Assembly (NCBI GenBank): GCA_045587065.1
Contig: JAZNBQ010000044.1
Span: forward strand, 1 to 59,320
Length of the DNA stretch: 59,320 bases
Direction: 5' to 3'
Origin: Acutalibacteraceae bacterium
GTDB taxonomy: Bacteria > Bacillota > Clostridia > Oscillospirales > Acutalibacteraceae
Shown: positions 28,531 to 36,599 of the stretch, in pieces
Position numbering within the stretch: the first letter of the stretch is position 1
Layout: every line of letters starts with the position of its first letter
Notes under the pieces: model-generated
Database searches by the model: none
Seen by the model: the letters and a program-made list of their open reading frames with translations, nothing else
Told to the model about the DNA's origin: nothing
Program-made: the position numbers and the translations under genes

Positions 28531-28731
28531 ATGGCTATCAAAAGTGTTTCAATAAGAATTGAAGAAGAAATGTTAAATAAACTTTCACATATCGCTGATT
28601 ACGAAGGTAGAAGCGTAAACAGTCAAGTGCTTGTTTTAATAAGAGAAAGCATAAAAGCTTTTGAAGATGTAAATGGCGCTATTAACGGAGAAATTACTCC
28701 TGCTTCAAATGTAAAACCTACTCGCAAATAA
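28531..28731 (+). CDS. Ribbon-helix-helix (Arc/CopG-type) DNA-binding protein
   Basis: 66 aa. KSVSIRIEEEMLNKLSHIADYEGRSVNSQVLVLIRESI fits the beta-strand/helix/helix RHH pattern. Confidence 0.65.
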   Translation: MAIKSVSIRIEEEMLNKLSHIADYEGRSVNSQVLVLIRESIKAFEDVNGAINGEITPASNVKPTRK

Positions 28732-28732
28732 T

Positions 28733-28770
28733 AAAAAACTCTCTGCTAAATTTCAGCAGAGAGTTTTTTG
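28733..28770. terminator. Bidirectional rho-independent terminator
   Basis: ACTCTCTGC-taaatttca-GCAGAGAGT with an upstream A-run and downstream TTTTTT. It sits between the convergent RHH gene and rnhA. Confidence 0.8.
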
Positions 28771-28824
28771 TTTGATTAATTTTCGTTAGTTGACTTTAGA
28801 GTGTGTTTAAAGTAAAAAGATTAA

Positions 28825-29265
28825 TTATAAATTTTTATAGAAGTTTACTGCAAGTTGGTCGCAGCGTTCGTTTTCTTTATGTCCGTTATGGCCTTTTACC
28901 CAATTAAATGTTACCTCGTGGGTGTCTAAAAGGGGCAAAAGAGTTTCCCACAAATCTACGTTTAAGGCCGGCTTCTTGTCGGCTTTTTTCCAACCGTTTT
29001 TCTGCCAGGAATATACCCAACCATTTAAAATGGCGTCGCATACGTATTTAGAATCGGTAGTCAGTTTTACAACGCAAGGTTCTTTTAAAGCGGAGAGGGC
29101 TTTTATCACGGCGGTTAATTCCATACGATTGTTGGTGGTTTCTTTTTCGCCGCCGCAAAGCTCTTTTTCCTTGTCCCCATAACGAAGAATAGCGCCCCAA
29201 CCCCCAGGACCGGGATTTCCTGGACATGCGCCGTCTGTAAAAATTTCTATATATTTTCTTGTCAT
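28825..29265 (-). CDS. rnhA: Ribonuclease HI
   Basis: [19 protein letters not shown]...NNRMEL...TDSKY...[18 protein letters not shown] (DEDD residues). ATG 29265 has the RBS AGGTGA, which overlaps the lexA stop. Confidence 0.9.
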   Translation of the reverse strand: MTRKYIEIFTDGACPGNPGPGGWGAILRYGDKEKELCGGEKETTNNRMELTAVIKALSALKEPCVVKLTTDSKYVCDAILNGWVYSWQKNGWKKADKKPALNVDLWETLLPLLDTHEVTFNWVKGHNGHKENERCDQLAVNFYKNL

Positions 29266-29274
29266 ATAAATCAC

Positions 29275-29862
29275 CTAATATTTACGGTAACTGCCGATAA
29301 CCTTGCCCAGAACCGAGGGGTTTTCAGGGTAGATAGGAGAAAAATCAGGATTTTCAGGCATAAAGATTACTTTGCCGTCTTTTATAAGAAGTCTCTTAAC
29401 GGTGGCTTCGTCGCCGTCCATACCAATTACAATATCTCCGCTTCTGGTGGGGGCGTCTTTATCGGCAACTACGATGTCGCCGTCCATAATTCCTATGTCT
29501 CGCATACTAAAGCCCTCTACGCGCAAAGCGAAAAGACTGCCTGAGTTGGTAGTGGGGTAGGGAATATAATCCTCTATTTCTTCTACCGCCAAAATAGGTT
29601 GACCTGCAGTTACTCTGCCAAGGACGGGAACCTGAGCGGTGGCGGTGCTGCCTGCAATACGAATTGCCCTGGAAAATCTAGGGTCGCGCTCTATGTAGCC
29701 GTTTTCCTCTAACGCACCTAAAATGGCGTGAACCGTTGAGGTGGACTTAATGCCTGTAGCAGTACAAATTTCTCGCACTGAGGGTGGAATTCCATTTCCC
29801 AAGGTTTTTACAAGAAAGTTATAAACGGCACCTTGTTTTTCACTAAGTGTAGGTCTCGACAT
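29275..29862 (-). CDS. lexA: LexA repressor (winged HTH plus S24 autopeptidase)
   Basis: LSEKQGAVYNFLV...SVREICTATGIKSTSTVHAILGALEENGYIERDP; cleavage/peptidase region with GFSM (Ser) and VKRL (Lys). RBS is GGAGGAAG. Confidence 0.92.
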   Translation of the reverse strand: MSRPTLSEKQGAVYNFLVKTLGNGIPPSVREICTATGIKSTSTVHAILGALEENGYIERDPRFSRAIRIAGSTATAQVPVLGRVTAGQPILAVEEIEDYIPYPTTNSGSLFALRVEGFSMRDIGIMDGDIVVADKDAPTRSGDIVIGMDGDEATVKRLLIKDGKVIFMPENPDFSPIYPENPSVLGKVIGSYRKY

Positions 29863-29877
29863 TACACTTCCTCCTAC

Positions 29878-29891
29878 CGAACAAATATTCT
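29878..29891 (-). promoter_or_regulatory. SOS (Cheo-type) box upstream of lexA
   Basis: The plus strand reads CGAACAAATATTCT, against the Gram-positive consensus CGAACnnnnGTTCG. One half-site is perfect and the other partial. It lies between the -10 and the RBS of lexA. Confidence 0.6.
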
Positions 29892-29897
29892 TTTTTA

Positions 29898-29926
29898 ATT
29901 ATAGCACGAAATGTTTATTTTATCAA
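29898..29926 (-). promoter_or_regulatory. lexA sigma-A promoter
   Basis: The minus strand reads TTGATA (29926-29921), 17 nt, then TATAAT (29903-29898). Confidence 0.7.
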
Positions 29927-30273
29927 CTCTTTTTAAAAATTCCTTTTAGACCCAATATAACCAGAAGACCGCCGAAGATTTTTCCCATAAGATTGGCTCC
30001 TAAAAACTTAGAAAGAAAAAAGCCGCCTAAGGCTCCTATAAGGCCGAAAAGGGAGAAAATTAAAACTTTTTTCCACTTTATTTCTTTTTTTATGGCGTAT
30101 ATAATTACAGATACCGTGCCAATTGGTATGAAAAACAGAAGGTTTATTCCTTGTGCTTTTAGTTGGTCCATACCAAGAATTGCCGAAAGATAAATAAGGA
30201 GTACTCCGCCGCCGCCCAGACCCATGGCGCCGATTACTCCTGACAGAAATCCTGCAATAATTCCCCAAATCAT
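29923..30273 (-). CDS. TauE/SafE-family anion permease, C-terminal half-size protein
   Basis: 116 aa with about 4 TM helices. GAMGLGGGGVLLIYL glycine-rich motif. The ATG overlaps the upstream stop (ATGA). Confidence 0.7.
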   Translation of the reverse strand: MIWGIIAGFLSGVIGAMGLGGGGVLLIYLSAILGMDQLKAQGINLLFFIPIGTVSVIIYAIKKEIKWKKVLIFSLFGLIGALGGFFLSKFLGANLMGKIFGGLLVILGLKGIFKKS

Positions 30274-30623
30274 CTGAAAAACATTCTCACTCCTGCAAAA
30301 ATCATAAAGGCACCAAAAATACGGCCTAAGTTTTTAGAGGTTATTTTTTTCATTATAAATGTGCCTACCACTGCTCCTGCGACCCCTGAGGGAATATAAG
30401 GAAGAGGGTCTGTGAGAGCAACTCTGCCCTCCCACAAATATAGAATGGCGGAAAAAACCGCAAGAGGAAGAATTACTGCAACGGCATTTGCGTGAGCCTC
30501 TTTTTTATCAAGACCCAGTTTTCGCAAGGACGGCACCGCAACTGTGCCCCCTGCCGCACCTAAAAGTCCGTTTATGAGTCCTGTAAGAGAGCCTAAAACG
30601 GCGGTTAAAAAAGTTTTTTTCAT
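30270..30623 (-). CDS. TauE/SafE-family anion permease, N-terminal half-size protein
   Basis: Start trimmed to ATG 30623 (MKKTFLTAVLGSLTGLINGLLGAAGGTVAVPSL). About 4 TM helices. Confidence 0.7.
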   Translation of the reverse strand: MKKTFLTAVLGSLTGLINGLLGAAGGTVAVPSLRKLGLDKKEAHANAVAVILPLAVFSAILYLWEGRVALTDPLPYIPSGVAGAVVGTFIMKKITSKNLGRIFGAFMIFAGVRMFFR

Positions 30624-30677
30624 AAATTGATACCTCAAGGGTATTATTTGTAAAAACCCTTTAAATATAGATGCGAC

Positions 30678-30706
30678 TTGCAAGTTTTAAAAAAATATGA
30701 TAAAAT
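30678..30706 (+). promoter_or_regulatory. Sigma-A promoter of the PqqD-like/S24 peptidase operon
   Basis: TTGCAA (30678-30683), 17 nt ending in TGa (extended -10), then TAAAAT (30701-30706). RBS GAGGTGA precedes ATG 30729. Confidence 0.65.
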
Positions 30707-30728
30707 TTAAAATACTCGAGGTGATAGT

Positions 30729-30995
30729 ATGAAAATTAAATCGGGATTTATTAAAAGAACGGTGGGCGGTAAGATTATTGCCGTTGCCGTGGGAGAACGC
30801 TGCAAGGAAATTGACGGCATGATTACCCTTAACGATATGGCAGGATTTATCTGGGACCAGTTGGAAAACGACGTTACAAAAGAAAAGATAGTATCTGCCG
30901 TTTTAAAGGAATATGAGACCGACAAAGAAAGAGCGGAAAAGGACGTATCGGCATTTATAGAGCGTTTAAGAGAAGCAGGGATTTTAGATGAGTAA
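30729..30995 (+). CDS. PqqD-family (RiPP-recognition-element-like) small protein
   Basis: 88 aa. ITLNDMAGFIWDQLENDVTKEKIVSAVLKEYETDKERAEKDVSAFIERLREAGIL matches the PqqD winged-helix pattern. Confidence 0.75.
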   Translation: MKIKSGFIKRTVGGKIIAVAVGERCKEIDGMITLNDMAGFIWDQLENDVTKEKIVSAVLKEYETDKERAEKDVSAFIERLREAGILDE

Positions 30996-31452
30996 TTTTG
31001 ATTTTTCAGCAGAGGAATTAGCGCCTGTAATTTTGGAGGTAATAGAAAAAGAGGGTAGTTTCAGACTTTTTCCCAAAGGGGAAAGTATGAGACCTACTAT
31101 TTGTCAGGGGGAAGATTCTGTTATTTTAGTAGCGCCTGAAAACCTCAAAAAATACGACATAGTTTTTTACAAACGCCAAAACGGGCAGTACGTAATACAC
31201 AGAATAATGAAAATAAAAGACCATAGTCTTACCCTTGCAGGAGATAATCAGTTTTTTACAGAACAAGGGGTTAAAAAAGAGAGGGTAATAGCCAAGGTTG
31301 GCGGTATTTACAAAGGAGAAAGACTTATAAAGGCAGACAGTTTAAATTACAAAATAAAGTCTTTTCTTCTGGTTAGCGCCAAACCTTTAAGACGTGTTTT
31401 GGGCGGAATAGGCAGAAGATTAAAAAAATACTTGATTTTTAAAGGTAAATAG
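30988..31452 (+). CDS. S24/S26-family serine peptidase (signal-peptidase-I-like catalytic core, no N-terminal TM anchor)
   Basis: GESMRPTI (Ser nucleophile box), IVFYKRQNGQYVIHRI (Lys box), LAGDNQ (GDN box). The start overlaps the PqqD-like gene by 8 nt. Confidence 0.7.
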   Translation: MSNFDFSAEELAPVILEVIEKEGSFRLFPKGESMRPTICQGEDSVILVAPENLKKYDIVFYKRQNGQYVIHRIMKIKDHSLTLAGDNQFFTEQGVKKERVIAKVGGIYKGERLIKADSLNYKIKSFLLVSAKPLRRVLGGIGRRLKKYLIFKGK

Positions 31453-31460
31453 GGTATAAT
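31432..31460 (+). promoter_or_regulatory. Sigma-A promoter of the rimP-nusA-infB operon
   Basis: TTGATT (31432-31437), 17 nt, then TATAAT (31455-31460). Confidence 0.7.
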
Positions 31461-31483
31461 ACTTTACAGATAATGTAAGCAAA

Positions 31484-31514
31484 GGAGAGTGGGGCGACCC
31501 GCTCTTCGTTTTTT
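31484..31514 (+). terminator. Leader terminator/attenuator upstream of rimP
   Basis: GAGTGGG-gcga-CCCGCTC hairpin (31487-31504) followed by ttcgTTTTTT, lying between the promoter and the rimP ATG at 31537. Confidence 0.5.
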
Positions 31515-31536
31515 GTATGACAAAACAGAAAGGAAG

Positions 31537-31998
31537 ATGTTTTTGGCAGGAGTAGCAGAAAGAGTTTTTACTCTTATTAAAGAAACTGTTGAAGCACAAG
31601 GGGTTAGTCTTTGGGACGTTAGATACTTAAAGGAAGGCGCTTCTTATTATCTGAGAGTATTTATAGATAAAGAAGAGGGCATTTCTATAGATGACTGCAC
31701 CAAGGTTAATCACGCAATAGACCCTATTATTGACGAGGCAGACCCTATAGATAATTCCTATTATTTAGAGGTTTGTTCTACAGGACTTGAGAGAGAACTT
31801 GTACGCCCGGAACATTTTTATGCTAAACTGGGCGAGAAGATAAAGTTGAAGCTTTATAAGGCGCTGGATGGAGCAAAAGAGTTTAGCGGCATTTTAAAAG
31901 ACTTTGACGGCAAAGAGATTACTGTTACGGTGGATGAAAAAGAAATGAAATTTGCACGTAACGAAATTTCTGTTTGCAGACTTGACGATTTTAATTAA
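31537..31998 (+). CDS. rimP: Ribosome maturation factor RimP
   Basis: ATG 31537 after GAAAGGAAG. 153 aa. WDVRYLKEG...YLRVFIDKEEGISIDDC...YYLEVCSTGLEREL. Conserved position ahead of nusA. Confidence 0.88.
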   Translation: MFLAGVAERVFTLIKETVEAQGVSLWDVRYLKEGASYYLRVFIDKEEGISIDDCTKVNHAIDPIIDEADPIDNSYYLEVCSTGLERELVRPEHFYAKLGEKIKLKLYKALDGAKEFSGILKDFDGKEITVTVDEKEMKFARNEISVCRLDDFN

Positions 31999-32020
31999 TA
32001 TTTTGGAGGTATAAAGGAAA

Positions 32021-33100
32021 ATGGCTAGAAAGGTAAAAACAGTTGACCAAAACAAAGAATTTTTTGCGGCACTTAAAATAATGGGAGAAGAAAAGGGAAT
32101 TCCTGCAGAGTATTTAGCAGAAAAAATCTCTGCCGCAATTATCGTAGCACTCCGCAAGGACTACGGTTCAGTAGAAAACATAAACTGCATTATTGATACT
32201 GAAAACGAAATATTTAAAGTAATTCTTCGCAAGGACATTGTAGAAGAGGTTGAAAATCCAAAGACTCAGATTCTTCGCGACGAGGCTAAAAAGCAGTACA
32301 AAGCAAAGGCTACAGACGAGTTTGTAGAAATTGAAATGGATACTCGTCAGTTTGGCAGAATTGTTGCTCAAACTGCAAAGCACGTTATTCGTCAGGGCAT
32401 CAGAGATGTTGAACACAGCCAGACTTTAAGCGAGTTCCAGGCTCATAATCGCGAACTTCTTACTGCAGTTGTTCAGAAAATTGACCCTAAGACAGGAAAC
32501 GCAATTGTTTTAATCGGCAAGAGCGAAGCAACCCTTCCAAAACTTGAACAGGTACCTGATGAAGAGTTAAAGGAAGGCGACCATATCAAGGTGTACGTAG
32601 TTGACGTTAAGGACACCGAAAAAGGTCCTAAGATTATGATTTCAAGAACCCATCCGGGTCTTGTTAAGAGACTCTTTGAGGCTGAGGTTCCAGAAATATT
32701 TGACGGAACAATTGAAATTAAATCTATTTCACGTCAGGCAGGTTCCAGAACAAAAATGGCAGTATATTCTGCTAATCCTGAAATTGACCCTGTTGGTTCT
32801 TGCATTGGACCTAAGGGTGCAAGAGTTAACACTATTGTTGAAGAACTTGTTGGCGAGAAAATTGACATTGTAAAATACTCAGAAAATCCTGTGGAGTTTA
32901 TTTCCGAAGCACTTTCTCCTTCAAAGGTTGTTTCTGTGGAAATTATCAGCGAAGAGCCAAAGGTTTGCAAGGTTACAGTTCCTGATTCTCAGCTTTCTCT
33001 TGCTATTGGTAACAAGGGACAGAACGTAAGACTTGCTGCTAAGCTCACAGGTTGGAAGATAGACATCCGTCCAGAAAGCGGATTTTACGGAGAAGAATAA
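32021..33100 (+). CDS. nusA: Transcription termination/antitermination factor NusA
   Basis: N-terminal domain, S1 and 2xKH pattern (SRTHPGLVKRLFEAEVPEI, GSRTKMAV, DPVGSCIGPKGARV, IGNKGQNVRLAAKLTGWKIDI). Confidence 0.95.
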   Translation: MARKVKTVDQNKEFFAALKIMGEEKGIPAEYLAEKISAAIIVALRKDYGSVENINCIIDTENEIFKVILRKDIVEEVENPKTQILRDEAKKQYKAKATDEFVEIEMDTRQFGRIVAQTAKHVIRQGIRDVEHSQTLSEFQAHNRELLTAVVQKIDPKTGNAIVLIGKSEATLPKLEQVPDEELKEGDHIKVYVVDVKDTEKGPKIMISRTHPGLVKRLFEAEVPEIFDGTIEIKSISRQAGSRTKMAVYSANPEIDPVGSCIGPKGARVNTIVEELVGEKIDIVKYSENPVEFISEALSPSKVVSVEIISEEPKVCKVTVPDSQLSLAIGNKGQNVRLAAKLTGWKIDIRPESGFYGEE

Positions 33101-33125
33101 TCTAGAGTTTATCGGAGGAATATAT

Positions 33126-33392
33126 ATGCAACAACGAAAAGTGCCTCTCAGACAGTGCGGCGGTTGCGGAGAGCAAAAGCCTAAAGGAGAACTTGTGAGA
33201 ATAGTTCGTTCCCCTGAGGGAGAAATTTTCTTTGACCCTACGGGAAAGAAAAACGGCAGAGGCTCATATATTTGCAATAATAAAAAATGCTTTGAAAAAG
33301 CACTTAAGGCCAAGCGCTTTGAAAGGGCTTTCGGTGTGGCAATTCCTGATGATGTAGTAGAGAAAATTTTGGAGGAAATCGACGGTGAATAG
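33126..33392 (+). CDS. ylxR: YlxR/RnpM (DUF448) RNA-binding protein
   Basis: PLRQCGGCGEQKPKGELVRIVRSPEGEIFFDPTGKKNGRGSYIC. Confidence 0.88.
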   Translation: MQQRKVPLRQCGGCGEQKPKGELVRIVRSPEGEIFFDPTGKKNGRGSYICNNKKCFEKALKAKRFERAFGVAIPDDVVEKILEEIDGE

Positions 33393-33690
33393 TCCTATGC
33401 TTTCTTTACTGGTGTTTGCGTCCAAGGCAAGACGTCTCTCTTATGGGACCCACGCCACGATGTACGCTATCGACTCAGGCAAAGCAAAACTTGTTTGTGC
33501 CGCCTGTGACATTTCCGCCAAAAGCGTAAAAGAGCTTAGATTTAGTGCTGATAAAAAGAATATTCCGGTAATTGTTCTTGAAGGAATAGATATAGAAATG
33601 CTATCTAAAGCCGTTGGAAAGAATTGCGGAATATTAGCCGTTAAGGATGACGGCTTTGCCGATGCTTTGTTGGAAAAGCAAGGCAAATAA
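33385..33690 (+). CDS. L7Ae/L30e-family RNA-binding protein (YlxQ-like)
   Basis: GTG start after GGAGG. 101 aa. Conserved position between ylxR and infB; GKAKLVCAACDIS pattern. Confidence 0.75.
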   Translation: MNSPMLSLLVFASKARRLSYGTHATMYAIDSGKAKLVCAACDISAKSVKELRFSADKKNIPVIVLEGIDIEMLSKAVGKNCGILAVKDDGFADALLEKQGK

Positions 33691-33709
33691 ACCAAGGAGG
33701 AATTAGTTT

Positions 33710-36220
33710 ATGGTAGAAAAAATTAAATTAAGCGCTTTGGCTGCCGATTTTAAAATGGTATCTAAAGACTTAACTGCTATTATAAAAGAATATACAGGCA
33801 CCGAGAAAAAATCCGGTGCATCCCTCTTGCCTGAAGAGCAAAACATAGTTTTTGATGCTTTAACAACTAAAAATCAGGTTAAAAGCTTTAAGGATTATTT
33901 TGCTACAGGCGAGAAGGCAAGAGCTGCTGAGGAAGAAGCAAGAAAAGCAGACAAGGAAAGAAAACTTGCTGAACAGATGGCTATTTTTGAGCAGTTAAAG
34001 GCTGCTCAGGAAGCAGAGATGTCTGCAAAGAAAGCGGCTAAAGAAGCGGCTAAGAAGGCAGAGGAGCCAAAGAAAGAGACTCCTAAAAAGGCAGAAGAAC
34101 CTAAGATGGCAGAGACCAAAAAGGTTGAGTCTAAGACCGAAAAGAAAGAAGAGGCTAAGCCTGTAGAGCACAAGCCTTCTGACCCAAAACCTTTTGCGCC
34201 TCGCGTTAAGGATGAGAAGAAGGCAGGCGCCGCTCCAAACAGAGGTCCTGCAGAAGTGCGCCACGTTGACACTCGCGTATCTAACGTAGATATGGAGCGT
34301 TACAATGAAAAGTACGAAAATATTGCTCCTGCAAACTCTATGAAGGACAATATGCAGAGAAAACAAAAGATTAATCAGAAATCTCAGAACTATCGTAGAC
34401 AAGAAAAGTCCAAAAAAGAGATTGAGGCAGAGAAAATGCGCCGCATTCAGCTTGAGCGCATTAAGAAAACTCCTATTACCGTTACTGTTGGCGATGAAAT
34501 CACAGTAGGAGAACTTGCTGCTGCCCTTAAGAAGACTGCAGCAGAGGTTATTAAAGAACTTATGAAACTGGGTATGATGGCAAGTGTTAACCAGACCATC
34601 GACTATGATACTGCAGAAATTGTTGTTACCGAAATGGGCGCAAAAATCGAAAGAGCGGTTGTTCTTACCATTGAAGAGCAGATAATGGACGAAACCGAAG
34701 ATACCGCTGAGAGCCTACGTCCCAGAAGTCCTGTAGTTGTTGTTATGGGACACGTTGACCACGGTAAGACTTCACTTCTTGATGCTATCAGAAATACCGC
34801 GGTTACCGACACAGAAGCAGGCGGTATTACTCAGCACATTGGTGCTTACAGAGTTAATTGCAAGGGTCAGGATATCACATTCCTTGATACTCCCGGCCAT
34901 GCGGCATTTACCTCTATGCGCCAAAGAGGTGCTATGGCAACAGATATTGCTATTTTAGTTGTTGCGGCAGACGATGGTATTATGCCACAGACCATTGAGG
35001 CTATAAACCACGCTAAAGCTGCTAACGTTCAGATGATTGTAGCAATTAATAAAATGGATAAACCTGAGGCTAACCCTGACAGAATATTGCAGCAACTTAC
35101 TGAGCACGAGGTTGTTCCTGAACAGTGGGGCGGTGACGTTATTTGCGTTCCTGTTTCTGCAAAAACTCACGAAGGAATCGACGCTCTTCTTGAGAACGTT
35201 CTTTTAGTTGCAGAAATGATGGAACTTAAGGCTAACCCTGACAGAAGAGCTAAGGGTGTTGTTATAGAGGCTCGTCTTGACAAAGGCAGAGGTCCTATTG
35301 CTACATTACTTGTTCAAAACGGAACACTTCATTCCGGAGATATTATCGTTGCAGGAACTGCAGTTGGTAGAGTTCGTGTAATGACTAACGAAAAGGGAAA
35401 AGCGTTAAAAGAAGCAGGCCCTTCTGTGCCTGTTGAAATTGCAGGACTTGCAGAAACTCCTTCTGCAGGAGACGTGTTTGATGCCGTATCTGATGAGAGA
35501 CTTGCTCGTGAGCTTGTTGAACAGAGAAAGCAGAAGATTAAAGATGAGAAATTCAACGCCGCTCAGAAGGTTACTCTTGACAACCTATTTGAGAAATTTA
35601 ACGAGGGCGATTTGAAAGAACTAAACATTATTGTTAAAGCCGACGTTCAGGGCTCTGTTGAAGCAGTTAAAGAGTCTCTTGTTAAGCTTTCTAACGACGA
35701 GGTTCGTGTAAACGTTATTCACGGAGCAGTTGGTGGAGTTAACGAAACCGACGTTATGCTTGCTCAGACTTCAGGCGCTATTATCGTAGGCTTTAACGTT
35801 AGACCTGATGCGGTTGCAAAGGCGGCGGCAGAAAAGGACGGCGTAGATATTCGCCTTTACAGAATTATTTACGAGGCTATTGAAGAAATTGAAGCCGCTA
35901 TGAAGGGTATGCTTGCTCCTAAATATCGTGACGTTGATATGGCTTCTATTGAGGTTCGTTCAACCTTTAAGATTTCAGGTGCAGGTACCATTGCAGGTTG
36001 TTACGTAACATCCGGTAAGGTAACAAGAGCTTGTAACATTCGTGTTGTTCGTGACGGTATTGTTATTGCCGAAGACAAGATTGATTCTCTACGTCGCTTT
36101 AAGGATGACGTGAGGGAAGTTGCTCAAGGTTACGAGTGTGGTATCGGTCTTGAGAAATTTGCCGATATTAAGGACGGAGACATATTTGAAGCTTATATTG
36201 TAGAAGAATATAGAGATTAG
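33710..36220 (+). CDS. infB: Translation initiation factor IF-2
   Basis: G-domain [29 protein letters not shown]-rich N-terminal region. RBS is AAGGAGG. Confidence 0.97.
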   Translation: MVEKIKLSALAADFKMVSKDLTAIIKEYTGTEKKSGASLLPEEQNIVFDALTTKNQVKSFKDYFATGEKARAAEEEARKADKERKLAEQMAIFEQLKAAQEAEMSAKKAAKEAAKKAEEPKKETPKKAEEPKMAETKKVESKTEKKEEAKPVEHKPSDPKPFAPRVKDEKKAGAAPNRGPAEVRHVDTRVSNVDMERYNEKYENIAPANSMKDNMQRKQKINQKSQNYRRQEKSKKEIEAEKMRRIQLERIKKTPITVTVGDEITVGELAAALKKTAAEVIKELMKLGMMASVNQTIDYDTAEIVVTEMGAKIERAVVLTIEEQIMDETEDTAESLRPRSPVVVVMGHVDHGKTSLLDAIRNTAVTDTEAGGITQHIGAYRVNCKGQDITFLDTPGHAAFTSMRQRGAMATDIAILVVAADDGIMPQTIEAINHAKAANVQMIVAINKMDKPEANPDRILQQLTEHEVVPEQWGGDVICVPVSAKTHEGIDALLENVLLVAEMMELKANPDRRAKGVVIEARLDKGRGPIATLLVQNGTLHSGDIIVAGTAVGRVRVMTNEKGKALKEAGPSVPVEIAGLAETPSAGDVFDAVSDERLARELVEQRKQKIKDEKFNAAQKVTLDNLFEKFNEGDLKELNIIVKADVQGSVEAVKESLVKLSNDEVRVNVIHGAVGGVNETDVMLAQTSGAIIVGFNVRPDAVAKAAAEKDGVDIRLYRIIYEAIEEIEAAMKGMLAPKYRDVDMASIEVRSTFKISGAGTIAGCYVTSGKVTRACNIRVVRDGIVIAEDKIDSLRRFKDDVREVAQGYECGIGLEKFADIKDGDIFEAYIVEEYRD

Positions 36221-36230
36221 GGGAAAAAAT

Positions 36231-36599
36231 ATGCCAGGTTTTAAAATAAGCCGAATTACTTCGGATATAAAAATTGCCCTGTCGGAACTGCTTCGCGATA
36301 TAAAGGACCCTAGAGTCAGCAAAATGCTTAGCATAGTAAAACTTGACGTATCAGGCGACCTTTCTTATGCTACAGTTTACGTCAGTGCAATTGAGGGAAG
36401 TGAAAAAACAAAGGAATCGGTTAAGGCGCTAAAGGGCGCCGCAGGATTCTTGCGCCGTGAGCTTGGAAGCAGGCTTTCACTCCGCAAGGTCCCCGAACTT
36501 CGTTTTGTTGCAGACGACTCTATTGAAATCAGTGCAAATATATCAAAAATCGCAAACTCTTTTATTTACAAAAACGAGGAGGAGAATGAAGATGAGTAG
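36231..36599 (+). CDS. rbfA: Ribosome-binding factor A
   Basis: RITSDIKIALSELLRDIKDPRV...VKLDVSGDLSYATVYVS...LRKVPELRFVADDS. Confidence 0.92.
   Translation: MPGFKISRITSDIKIALSELLRDIKDPRVSKMLSIVKLDVSGDLSYATVYVSAIEGSEKTKESVKALKGAAGFLRRELGSRLSLRKVPELRFVADDSIEISANISKIANSFIYKNEEENEDE

Noticed and set aside
33995-34402. Antisense ORFs of 135 aa and 88 aa inside infB, plus apparent repeats (KKAEEPK-type) at about 34000-34200.
   Set aside because: These mirror the low-complexity K/E/A-rich N-terminal region of IF-2. The repetition is coding low complexity, not a repeat element or CRISPR array.
36457-36585. N-terminal 43-codon extension of the DHH phosphoesterase ORF.
   Set aside because: It overlaps rbfA out of frame. 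A strong GAGGAGGAG RBS precedes the ATGs at 36586 and 36592.
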